This document shows positions 23,448 through 32,990 of a DNA stretch of 64,000 nt, piece after piece. The notes under the pieces are model-generated. The model was not told the origin of the DNA and made no database searches. It saw only the letters and a program-made list of their open reading frames with translations. The DNA is from Coleofasciculus sp. B1-GNL1-01. Lineage in GTDB: Bacteria; Cyanobacteriota; Cyanobacteriia; Cyanobacteriales; Coleofasciculaceae. The stretch lies in assembly GCA_040220235.1 (NCBI GenBank), contig JAVJTO010000004.1; one strand, written 5' to 3'. How positions within the stretch are numbered: position 1 is the stretch's first letter; every line of letters begins with the position of its first letter. Both the position numbers and the translations under genes were made by a program.

Positions 23448-24116
23448 TTAAGGAACCACATCTTGAGGATCATCTACCCATCTCTGTCTTTTGAGCATTT
23501 GTTTTATATCTGATTCTAATACTTGAAAGGTAGGTAAAGTCCGCAGTGGCGAAAAGTCATCGATAAGTTCAGCGATTCGTTGAATCTTCTCTCGCTCTCT
23601 GGCGCGAAATTTCTTTAGCCGCCGACCTGTCAACCCACTCGCTTGGCACAGAAGTTGACAAAGATATTGTTTTGGATCAGGTAACTCCTCAAGTTTCTCT
23701 AAACTTGGTAAATTTAAAGGTTGCTTTCCTCTAGGATTTTCTGACGCCCTACGTATAGCTACCTCGTCAAATAATAACCAAGCTTCTGTCATCCGAACAG
23801 GCACAACACAGATAAACGGCACAGAAACTGATTGCCTAATACCCTCAACGGCTTTTTGAATTTCAGAAACTCGTTTCTCACGAGGTTCTTTTTCGGCATC
23901 CCTATGTATAAATAAAAGGTCGCAAGGGTAAAGGTTCAAACTCAATTCAATTCTCTTTGAGTTATTCTGTGGTTGTTGTGGCAAGCGTCGAAAATCAGCC
24001 CACTGGGACTGGATAGCACATTCAACTCCGTGTAATCGCAATAACCAAGTCAGAATAGGTAGTAGCGCCTTGTCAGAACTCCCATCAGATAGTAATGTGT
24101 ATCGTATTTCCTTCAT
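23448..24116 (-). CDS. TOPRIM-like (DUF4276-like) protein coupled to an ABC ATPase
   Basis: LLSDGSSD, FIHRDAE, VPVRMTEAWLL; ATGA overlap with upstream ATPase. Confidence 0.6.
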   Translation of the reverse strand: MKEIRYTLLSDGSSDKALLPILTWLLRLHGVECAIQSQWADFRRLPQQPQNNSKRIELSLNLYPCDLLFIHRDAEKEPREKRVSEIQKAVEGIRQSVSVPFICVVPVRMTEAWLLFDEVAIRRASENPRGKQPLNLPSLEKLEELPDPKQYLCQLLCQASGLTGRRLKKFRAREREKIQRIAELIDDFSPLRTLPTFQVLESDIKQMLKRQRWVDDPQDVVP

Positions 24117-25657
24117 ACAAATTCTTTGGGAAAGCCTAAAATTAGAGGTTGAATGTCTTCTCTATCCAAAACTCTACGTTTTTTAGACGGGGTAGGTTTT
24201 AAAGATAAGTTGGTTTCCAGTTGCCCATTGCCATTTAGCTCTGGCTGTTCTGGAGGAACTGGATTTAAGTAGGCGAGAAGTTTACCTAAAGGAACGGTAC
24301 TTGTATTTTCAGTTTCCGCAACTTTAACGTGTCGCCAAGTATTCGGTAAATAACTAAAGCGTACCCCTTTAAACAATTGTCCTGACGGTGCTTTTTCTTC
24401 CTTCAACTCAGCAACCAAAAGACTATCTTCTGGTACTTGCTGTACAACGGCTGGCGAGTGGGTATTGATGATCACTTGGCGTAGGGGATTGTCTTGATCA
24501 ACGGGTTCTTCAACATCCGTAGCGATGTCTTGTAGGAGTCTGAGAATCTTCGGGATACGCTCTGGATGAATACCATTTTCCGGTTCCTCTAGGCACAACA
24601 AACCTTGAGCTTCTGGGTCTAATTCCAGTACCGCTAACGCTAAAAAACGCATCGTTCCATCTGAGAGCGATCGCGCCGGATGGGTTGTACCATCTCTAGT
24701 GGTGATCATTAATGTGAGCAGTTCGCGACGATCATCCCGCTCTATTCCTACCTCCTCAACATCATCGAGCAATTCTGCCAAACGACCTGCAACTTGAGCA
24801 TAAACCTGCGCTTCGGCTTCCTGATCAGATTTGCGGAGATTTTTTCTCAGCCGTGCTAGATGATAGAGAGTTGAAGCTAGATGAGAGCCATCTGTTCCTA
24901 ATTTTGTCGGCGCCGTAAATTCGTCGGGTTGTCGCAACGAAGAAGGTTCTAGCTGTAATAACTGCCACGATTGCATTTCCCGACGTGCTAGTAATGCTGT
25001 TGGGCTTTCGGCTGCATTGGTTACAGACAGTACAGTTCGAGGCAGATCAGCTGCTGATCGAGCTAAGGATCTACCACTGCTTCCGCCATCTTGATGAAGC
25101 TTAATCACTCGATTTGTCCCCTCACCTTCTGTAGAAATAAAATAAGGGACTCGGCGCTGTCCTTTCACCGCCGACTTGCGCCAAGTTTTCGCCTTGTGAT
25201 TAAATAGCAAATGCTTAGGGGCATCACCAAGATTAATATGAACTAACTCTTCTTTAAGTAGTTCCAGTGACCCTAATGAACGGAGACTATCATCTTGTCG
25301 ATAGGCTAGCTTGATAGAGTAGCGAAGAAACGTAATACTAGCTCTGGCAGTTTGTCCTAAATCATCAACACCTTCACCTGGCACAATCATCTCAGCTTCA
25401 AATGACATCTGTGAAGCGTATTCATTACCAATTCGATGAAATAGACTGCGGACATCTCCTGTCCTACCTCCCTCATCTCGAACAGATAAAGCGGCTTCAA
25501 TCAGCGGAAGATCGGCTAAGGCTGACAAAAACCTAATCGCATCAAACAAGTTAGATTTGCCTACGCCATTTACACCCGCTACACAGGTAAATGGACTAAA
25601 GCGGACATCCACATTAACAAGGTTTTTAAAACCAGAAACTTTTAGCCTGGTTAGCAT
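24113..25657 (-). CDS. ABC/SMC-type AAA_21-like ATPase
   Basis: GFKNL, GVNGVGKSN Walker A, LSDGTMR signature, LEEPENGIHP Walker B/D-loop, NTHSP. Confidence 0.88.
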   Translation of the reverse strand: MLTRLKVSGFKNLVNVDVRFSPFTCVAGVNGVGKSNLFDAIRFLSALADLPLIEAALSVRDEGGRTGDVRSLFHRIGNEYASQMSFEAEMIVPGEGVDDLGQTARASITFLRYSIKLAYRQDDSLRSLGSLELLKEELVHINLGDAPKHLLFNHKAKTWRKSAVKGQRRVPYFISTEGEGTNRVIKLHQDGGSSGRSLARSAADLPRTVLSVTNAAESPTALLARREMQSWQLLQLEPSSLRQPDEFTAPTKLGTDGSHLASTLYHLARLRKNLRKSDQEAEAQVYAQVAGRLAELLDDVEEVGIERDDRRELLTLMITTRDGTTHPARSLSDGTMRFLALAVLELDPEAQGLLCLEEPENGIHPERIPKILRLLQDIATDVEEPVDQDNPLRQVIINTHSPAVVQQVPEDSLLVAELKEEKAPSGQLFKGVRFSYLPNTWRHVKVAETENTSTVPLGKLLAYLNPVPPEQPELNGNGQLETNLSLKPTPSKKRRVLDREDIQPLILGFPKEFV

Positions 25658-25968
25658 AATCTTAATCCTATACAGTCTTTTAAAAGCTGTTCTATACTAA
25701 TCATCAATTTACATACATCTGATTGATTTTAACTCATATCCTTCATCCATTTCAATAAACATAAGTTGGTTGATAATCCGTAACGCTTCCGGATTGCCTT
25801 GCTATCGTTTTGAGTCGGGGTGAATTGAGTGACATCAGGGTAAAAAATAAAGTAGAGTGAAACCCACCCCGATACGTTGACCAGTTTTTTATCCCCTGCC
25901 CTAACCTCAACCAAAAAGGATTGCTATAGTACAGGAAGGATAAATACTGGCATCAGGGGGCAAACCAG

Positions 25969-27774
25969 GTGAAACCATTAGCAGACCTCAAAGCCTTAAT
26001 TCAACAAACTGAAGCAAAAGGGGGAAGCCAAGACCCCAGTCTGGCGAACTTATATGCTCAACTCGGACAACTCTACCAAAGCCGACTGGAAAACGGGGAA
26101 TTTGAGGATTACCAGCACGAACTTGCCCTCGCCGTTGAATATTTCCATAAAGCGGTTGACCTGCAACGACGATTGGGGTTAGACATTGACTTAGCGACAA
26201 CGCTGAATCATCTGGCGGAACTCTACAGAACCCAAGGACGCTATGACCAAGCCGAACCGCTTTATCTGCAAGCCTTAGATTTAAGGAAACGTAACTTAGG
26301 AGAGAACCATCCTGATGTCGCCACCAGCCTCAACAACCTAGCGCGACTCTACCACTCTCAGGGACAATATCCCCAAGCCGAACCTCTCTATCTCCAAGCC
26401 TTAGACCTAAGGCAACGTAACTTAGGAGAGAACCATCCTGATATCGCCATTAGCCTCAACGATATCGCCGCCCTCTACTTCTTCCAAGGGCGCTACAACG
26501 AAGCTGAATCTTTTTACCTGCAAGCGTTGGACTTAAGGAAACGCAATTTAGGAGAGAACCATGCCGATGTTGCTACCAGTCTTAACAACCTCGCCTTACT
26601 TTACTTCTTACTGGGACGCTATGACCAAGCCAAACCGCTTTATCTGCAAGCCTTGGAACTGAGGAAACGCTTACTGGGACGGAACCATCCCGATGTTGCC
26701 ACTAGCCTGAATAATTTGGCAGAACTCTACAGAACCCAAGGACACTACACCCAAGCCGAACCCCTCTATCTGCAAGCCTTGGAGGTAATGAGGCGTCTGC
26801 TAGGAGATGAGCATCCCGATGTGGCGACTAATATGAACAATCTAGCTGCACTCTATTTCTTCCAAGAACGCTACGACGAAGCCGAACCCCTCTATCTGCA
26901 AGCCTGGGAAATCAGGAAACGCTTATTCGGTGATAATCATCCCGATGTGGCACAAAGCCTCAACAACTTAGCCGGACTCTACTTCTCTCAAGGACGTCAG
27001 GGTGAAGCCGAACCTCTCTATCGCCAAGCCTTGGAAATCTGGCAACGTTTATTGGGTGATACTCATCCGGATATCGCCACCAACCTGAATAATTTAGCAT
27101 TACTCCACCACTCCCAAGGACACTACGAGGAAGCTGAACCCCTCTATCGCCAAGCGTTGGACTTAAGGAAACGGTTATTCGGCGCGAACCATCCTGATGT
27201 AGTGACCAGCTTGAACAACTTAGCCTTGCTCTACCATTATCAAGGACGCTACGAGCAAGCCGAACCTCTTTATGTGGAGGTGTTGGATGTGGGTAGACAG
27301 TTATTAGGAGAGGAGCATCCCGATGTTTTAACCAGCCTGAATAACTTAGCCGCACTCTATAAAAATCTCGCCGAACTTTATTCCACGCAGGGACGCTACG
27401 ATGAAGCCGAACCTCTCTATCTGCAAGCCTTAGAGTTGCGGAAACGCTTACTGGGAGATGAACATCCCGATGTAGCACAAAATCTGAATAATTTAGCCAT
27501 ACTCTACTTCTTTCAAGGACGTCACGACAAAGCCAAAGAGTTCTATTCCCAAGCTTGGGAGTTAGGAAAACGCTGGCTAGGGGATGAGCATCCAGATGTG
27601 GCACAAAATTTGAATAATTTGGCAGGACTTTATTCGTCTCAAGGAGAATATGAATTAGCCGAACCCCTTTATGTCCAAGCGTTGACGATTTGTGAAGAAC
27701 GACTCGGCGCTAATCATCCGACTACAGCAACAATCCGGAAAAATCTTGATGATCTGCGTGCAGCGATGGGATAA
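25969..27774 (+). CDS. Tetratricopeptide repeat protein (42-aa kinesin-light-chain-like TPRs)
   Basis: Repeating HPDVATSLNNLA.LY..QGRY..AEPLY.QAL. Confidence 0.92.
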   Translation: MKPLADLKALIQQTEAKGGSQDPSLANLYAQLGQLYQSRLENGEFEDYQHELALAVEYFHKAVDLQRRLGLDIDLATTLNHLAELYRTQGRYDQAEPLYLQALDLRKRNLGENHPDVATSLNNLARLYHSQGQYPQAEPLYLQALDLRQRNLGENHPDIAISLNDIAALYFFQGRYNEAESFYLQALDLRKRNLGENHADVATSLNNLALLYFLLGRYDQAKPLYLQALELRKRLLGRNHPDVATSLNNLAELYRTQGHYTQAEPLYLQALEVMRRLLGDEHPDVATNMNNLAALYFFQERYDEAEPLYLQAWEIRKRLFGDNHPDVAQSLNNLAGLYFSQGRQGEAEPLYRQALEIWQRLLGDTHPDIATNLNNLALLHHSQGHYEEAEPLYRQALDLRKRLFGANHPDVVTSLNNLALLYHYQGRYEQAEPLYVEVLDVGRQLLGEEHPDVLTSLNNLAALYKNLAELYSTQGRYDEAEPLYLQALELRKRLLGDEHPDVAQNLNNLAILYFFQGRHDKAKEFYSQAWELGKRWLGDEHPDVAQNLNNLAGLYSSQGEYELAEPLYVQALTICEERLGANHPTTATIRKNLDDLRAAMG

Positions 27775-28007
27775 TTTTTAGGGGAGATGGGGAAGATAGG
27801 GGAGATGGGGAAGATAGGGGAGAAAAACGAAATCGACAGACAGCTAAAGAGAATGTACCCTATAGGAGTGGGTGTTGCTGCCAAACGCTCCGAATCAGGG
27901 ATAACTCTTGTCGAATGTGCTTAGGATTGATTCGGATTAACGCGATTCACAATAACTTTGTCATTTTTTGAGGTGAACTCGACTATAAACTCTTAAACAC
28001 AACTAGC

Positions 28008-28111
28008 TATAGCAGTTCCAAATGAAACGTGAAAATATTACCCCTCCCAAACCCTCCCCTTAGCAAGGGGAGGGCAGGGGTGGGGTTCACAACTCAAATG
28101 AAAACGCTATA
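28008..28111. mobile_element. MITE-like element with TATAGC...GCTATA ends and a CCCTCCCCTT-n-AAGGGGAGGG hairpin
   Basis: Terminal inverted repeats and central palindrome visible. Confidence 0.6.
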
Positions 28112-28252
28112 TGACTGTAAGCGAATGAACCCAAAGCACTGGAATTTGGGCATAAGCTGCATAGTCTTAATGTTCTAGAGTATGGCAATCGTCAAAACCG
28201 ATGAGGTTCACCGAATCGTTCAAGAGCGATTACAAGATTGGAGGTTAATTTC

Positions 28253-30286
28253 ATGATGACGGAGTTGTCTGACCCGACAGTTCATAATGAACAAACGTAT
28301 GGCGATTTACTGACAGCGATTCAAGCCAGTCAAGGTAAGTTGAGTGTAATCCTAGCGGTTTGTGATGATATCCATTTTCGCAACCAACTGATTGAACGCT
28401 ATGAAAGCGAACTCGTCGCCTCTGTGCGATCGCATCGCGTTACCTTGGTTAAGGATGACCCGAACCTGAGCCACGCCATTACTGAACTCGTCCAAACCGA
28501 TGACGATTTACCTCAGGGGGGAAACGCCGTTGTCACCGTGACGGGTGCGGAGCAACTTCTCTGGCTCAAATTCGACGCCCAGCATTCAGAACAGGAAAAT
28601 TTTTTCGCCTCCTTACCAGAAACCCAAGACGCATTATCCGTCTTGGCTTGTCCACTTGTCCTGTGGCTAACTCACCAACTAGAGAGTCAGCTAAGTCAAA
28701 ACGCCCCAGAGTTCCAAAATTGGTGTCAAGCTGTCTTTCGCTTCCACTCCAAAAAAACAACTGCTATTCCCATTCAAAACATTGAGTCATTCCGCCATCT
28801 TATCGAAGAAAGCGACGCTTGGGATCAAAGCCTATCAGTCTTTCCCGTCGCCGATGTCAACGCCTTGATTGAGTACACCAAAGCCAAACGCGGCGTCAAC
28901 GATTCAAATTTGGCAACCTTATATGCTCAAGTCGGACACCTTTATCAACGACGCTTAGAACAGGGTGAATCTTTAGATTATCCCCAAGAACAAGCCTTAG
29001 CCGTTGAGTATTTGAGTCAAGCCATTCAGCTAAAAAAAGAACTCGGCTTAGAAACAACCTTAGCTGAAACGGTGAATAATTTAGCCGAACTCTACCGACT
29101 GCAAGGACGCTATAGGGAAGCTGAACCTCTTTATTTAGAAGCCTTAGAACTCAGAAAAAGTTTGTTGGGCGATGCTCATCCTGATGTCGCCACCAGCCTC
29201 AACAACTTGGCAAAACTTTACCAGGCTCAAGGACAGTACGCTCAAGCCGAACCTCTTTATCTGCAAGCCTTGGACTTGAGAAAACGCTTACTGGGTGATG
29301 ATCATCCAGATCTCGCTCATAGTCTCAACGATTTAGCCACCCTCTATTTTTGTCAAGGACGCTATGAGGACGCCGAACCCCTTTATTTGCAAGCTTTGGA
29401 CTTGAGGAAACGTAACTTAGGCGATGATCATCTAGAGGTGACAATCAGCCTTAGCAATGTCGGATTACTCTATCATTATCAAAGACGCTACGAAGACGCC
29501 GAACCTCTTTATCTGCAAGCCTTAGACATCGAAAAACGCTTACTGGGCGAGGATCATCCGGATGTAGCCACCACCTTGAACAATCTCGCCGCCCTTTATA
29601 AGTCTCAAGGACGCTATGAGGATGCTGAACCCCTTTATCTGCAAGCCTTGGACTTGCAAAAACGGTTATTGGGAGAGAACCATCCCGATGTCGCCACGAA
29701 CCTTAACAATCTTGCTGCTCTGTACTTCTCTCAAGGACGCTATGAGAAAGCCGAACCTCTCTATTTGCAAGCCTTAGACATCAGAAAAGGTTTATTGGGA
29801 GAAAATCATCCTGATGTGGCACAAAGCTTAAATAATTTGGCAGGACTTTATTTCTCTAAAGGACCCAATAACAAAACCGAATCGTTTTATTTAGAAGCGT
29901 TAAATATTCGGAAACGCTTATTGGGAGAGAACCATCCTGATGTGGCAACTAGCCTGAATAATTTAGCTTTACTCTATCATTATCAAGGACACTACGACAA
30001 AGCCGAACCCTTCTATCTGCAAGCCTTACATCTGAGAAAACGTTTATTTGGAGATATCCATCCTGATGTAGTAACCAGTATGAATAATTTGGCATTACTC
30101 TATCATTATCAAGGACGCTACGAGCAAGCCGAACCCCTCTATCTCCAAGTCTTGGAACTCGGTAAACGTTTATGGGGAGAAGACCATCCCGATGTCGCGC
30201 TCAGTTTAAATAATTTGGCAGCCCTTTACAAGTCTCAAGGACGGTATGAACAAGCGAATTACTTAACTTCCAAGCTATGGAATTGA
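28253..30286 (+). CDS. TPR protein with N-terminal inactive P-loop/STAND-like domain; 3' end frameshifted
   Basis: GGAGG SD at 28240; N-terminal SVILAVCD..VTGAEQL..PLVLWL..APEFQNW; TPR array; last repeat degenerates. Confidence 0.8.
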   Translation: MMTELSDPTVHNEQTYGDLLTAIQASQGKLSVILAVCDDIHFRNQLIERYESELVASVRSHRVTLVKDDPNLSHAITELVQTDDDLPQGGNAVVTVTGAEQLLWLKFDAQHSEQENFFASLPETQDALSVLACPLVLWLTHQLESQLSQNAPEFQNWCQAVFRFHSKKTTAIPIQNIESFRHLIEESDAWDQSLSVFPVADVNALIEYTKAKRGVNDSNLATLYAQVGHLYQRRLEQGESLDYPQEQALAVEYLSQAIQLKKELGLETTLAETVNNLAELYRLQGRYREAEPLYLEALELRKSLLGDAHPDVATSLNNLAKLYQAQGQYAQAEPLYLQALDLRKRLLGDDHPDLAHSLNDLATLYFCQGRYEDAEPLYLQALDLRKRNLGDDHLEVTISLSNVGLLYHYQRRYEDAEPLYLQALDIEKRLLGEDHPDVATTLNNLAALYKSQGRYEDAEPLYLQALDLQKRLLGENHPDVATNLNNLAALYFSQGRYEKAEPLYLQALDIRKGLLGENHPDVAQSLNNLAGLYFSKGPNNKTESFYLEALNIRKRLLGENHPDVATSLNNLALLYHYQGHYDKAEPFYLQALHLRKRLFGDIHPDVVTSMNNLALLYHYQGRYEQAEPLYLQVLELGKRLWGEDHPDVALSLNNLAALYKSQGRYEQANYLTSKLWN

Positions 30287-30427
30287 GGAACGGTTGATGA
30301 GAAGATAAGGCGGACAAGGAAGACAAGGCAGATCAATTACTATTACTATATCCTTGAGGGAAGCGAAGGGTCAAAACTTACGTCTTTTCGTTGAGCAACA
30401 TACGGTGAAAAGTAAGAAATATGGACT

Positions 30428-31285
30428 TCAACTTCCAGTATTATTTCTTGAGGAGAGGTGATCTAAATCAAGCGGATCGCTCTCAACATAATCTTTTGCG
30501 GTCATGTCTTCCAAAGACACAACTAAACCATGTACAGATTTAAATCGCCCCGATTCAGGAAGTAATTTCAACCATTTTTCCAGATATTGATGCCATTCTT
30601 TTTCCTGAAACTGAACCTGTTCTTCATTACGGATAAACCAAAACATCAGTTCAATTTCATCAGCATTCCAAGATGGTGCTGCACGTACTCTAATTTCTCG
30701 TAAGGCACGAAGGGCATCCCCTTCAACGCTTAATTTATCGTGCTTATCTTGCATCCGCTTTTGAAGTTTTTGTGCAAATGCAATGAATTCATCAGGAAAA
30801 GCAAATCGAACTCGCTTCCGTGCTAATGCTTGTCCTAATGCCCTAACCTCGTCATCGTTTTGGCATCCTGGGATACGCTTCCATTCTGCAACAACAGCCT
30901 TTTCTACTGTCATCACACGATCAAGATCAGCAACCAGACTATATTCAGAAATTCCTGGAATATAGGCATACTGAGGTCGTCTACTTCGTTGGATCTCGTT
31001 CAAACGTTGTTTATTAACCTCTACAAGAGGCACCACCTCTATAAATGGACGATCCCAACAAGAACGCACAATATCACATGTTTGTGTAATTACAGCAAAA
31101 CCCTTGACCTCGGATTCTGCAAGGTCAATTTCTTCTTGTGCAACATTAACAGAGTCCTCTGTTAAAGGACGTTTAGGATTAAAGCGGTAGAGGAACCAAT
31201 GTTCTCCAAGGGTACAATCACCTTGACGCCACTCTCCAACAGCCGCGTCTACTTGCTGAATCCAAACATCACGCTCATTGCTCAC
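30428..31285 (-). CDS. Hypothetical protein, possible toxin (QGD...ITQTCD motif); GTG start inferred
   Basis: WRQGD, VITQTCDIVR, LVADLDRV, RFAFPDEF; start overlaps upstream stop by 11 nt. Confidence 0.65.
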   Translation of the reverse strand: MSNERDVWIQQVDAAVGEWRQGDCTLGEHWFLYRFNPKRPLTEDSVNVAQEEIDLAESEVKGFAVITQTCDIVRSCWDRPFIEVVPLVEVNKQRLNEIQRSRRPQYAYIPGISEYSLVADLDRVMTVEKAVVAEWKRIPGCQNDDEVRALGQALARKRVRFAFPDEFIAFAQKLQKRMQDKHDKLSVEGDALRALREIRVRAAPSWNADEIELMFWFIRNEEQVQFQEKEWHQYLEKWLKLLPESGRFKSVHGLVVSLEDMTAKDYVESDPLDLDHLSSRNNTGS

Positions 31286-31961
31286 TACTGTTTCTTCTAC
31301 TCCTTGCAACTCTGGCTGGTCTGGAGCGTCCAACCTCACGATGGATAGTATCTTGGAGAGCATCGACTAAATCTGCTGGATTTGGTGGCATACGTGACCT
31401 ATCGGCATATTTGGATAATGGCTTTAGCTGCGGTTTATCAGGAGCATTACCAAAACCAAGAATCTGTTTTACCTTTTCGTGTTCACCTGCTACCAGTAAA
31501 TCAAAAGGAGATCTACCATCACTATCCGGTTTCAACAAGAGACTGCGATTGAGACTTGCGCTCCCTCGGTTAATGTACTGAATAGTGTTTAAAAGTTGAT
31601 CCAGTTTCTGCTTATTAGATTGAGATAGCTGTTGTCCACTTGCCCAAGCATGAAGACTTCTACGAGAAACATCGAAGAGTTTAGCGATTTGCTCCCAGGT
31701 CAATCCACTCAACTTCCTCAGTTTGTTAACAGCTTTCTGCGTCGTTTCTCTAGATTCAGTGGACGGTCGAGTCACACCACTTGTTGTCATGTCCCAAGCA
31801 ACTAACGCACTGGAAAAAACAGTGGCTCTGGAAGCCGTTGTGCTAGAACGGTCTATAAACATTCTAAAACCCCTAAATGGATGAGTATCTAATTTCCCCA
31901 TAGCTCCAAGGGCAGAAGTACTCGATAACTGAGCGTGTTTTCTTCCTAAAATAGTCATCAC
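31275..31961 (-). CDS. Xre-type HTH protein with MbcA/ParS-like antitoxin C-terminal segment
   Basis: LRKLSGLTWEQIAKLFDVSRRSLHAWASG HTH; LLKPDSDGRSPFDLLVAGEHEKV. Confidence 0.65.
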   Translation of the reverse strand: MMTILGRKHAQLSSTSALGAMGKLDTHPFRGFRMFIDRSSTTASRATVFSSALVAWDMTTSGVTRPSTESRETTQKAVNKLRKLSGLTWEQIAKLFDVSRRSLHAWASGQQLSQSNKQKLDQLLNTIQYINRGSASLNRSLLLKPDSDGRSPFDLLVAGEHEKVKQILGFGNAPDKPQLKPLSKYADRSRMPPNPADLVDALQDTIHREVGRSRPARVARSRRNSSEQ

Positions 31962-32758
31962 ACTTCTCCTCCAAATCGTCGCAAAAATTCATCCTGTACT
32001 GCCCATCTGAAGAATGTATAAATTCTCTCAGCAAAATTCTGTGCTTCACTCATCAATGTCTCAACACTGAAGTCTCGGATATTTGATTCTGAAAACATAT
32101 CTATATCCAATATCCAGCTTGGTTTATTAATAGGTTCAATTGCATCGGGATCAAACGTGGCATCAGAAGACATAAGTCCCCATCTAGCGATAATTTGCTC
32201 ACCTCTATCTGGAATAACAAACCAAGATTCATTAATTGTTTGAGAAATATATTCTCTAAACTCAGTAGCGACGATACCAGCTATCTCAGGTTTCACAAGT
32301 AATGATATATCCTCAAGTTCTTGACCATCAATTCGATCGATATAGCGTAACCCAAATCGTTCAATAACCTTGGGATTAAAATTTTTGTCAAGTGCTATTA
32401 GCACGTTTTTAAAACGTTCTATAAAATCGCTACGACTTGAGTAAGCCGTTGTTTCTATTGCCACAAAGTTGGGTGCTAATGAAACTCGCCAACTATTTGT
32501 TGTGTCTAAAAATCGCCAAGTTAATTGAGGTGCAGTTTGCACAATATCTGGGGAACCCAAAACTAAACCCTGAGTCTGTTCCAGATGTAGGATAGGATAT
32601 GTTTCTCGAATTGCCTCTTGAAATGAACCCACAAACTCTTTTTTCTCAATCGAAAGAATAGGTGGAAAGCGCACTTGTGCAATCACTCGCACCAAAGGTG
32701 CATCTTTCAACGGTACTTCTTGAGGTGGTTGTGCAATGAGTGGATTGGTATTGACCAC
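31958..32758 (-). CDS. TIGR04255-family protein
   Basis: PLKDAPLVRVIAQVRFP, ETTAYSSRSDF, ERFGLRYIDRI, WILDIDMF. Confidence 0.8.
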   Translation of the reverse strand: MVNTNPLIAQPPQEVPLKDAPLVRVIAQVRFPPILSIEKKEFVGSFQEAIRETYPILHLEQTQGLVLGSPDIVQTAPQLTWRFLDTTNSWRVSLAPNFVAIETTAYSSRSDFIERFKNVLIALDKNFNPKVIERFGLRYIDRIDGQELEDISLLVKPEIAGIVATEFREYISQTINESWFVIPDRGEQIIARWGLMSSDATFDPDAIEPINKPSWILDIDMFSESNIRDFSVETLMSEAQNFAERIYTFFRWAVQDEFLRRFGGEV

Positions 32759-32990
32759 TTTCTACATCCTTTTTGGGACTTGAGCGAGAAATTGGGCATA
32801 GATTCAGATATGAGAGATACTACGCCTATCGCTATCGTAAAGCAAAAGTGTGAAGTAGAGTGTGAAGTTTAAGAAATGTAAACTTAATTGGTGTCATGGG
32901 GCACTATTGAATGATCGCCTGCACCCGTTAAAAATAGACGGCTGCGATCGCACGTCCTATAATTGCCAATGAAACTCAGGATCAACCGAT

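Noticed and set aside
26960..27604. 214-aa antisense ORF in the TPR gene and other antisense or alternate-frame ORFs
   Set aside because: Fully overlap well-supported genes; no independent coding evidence
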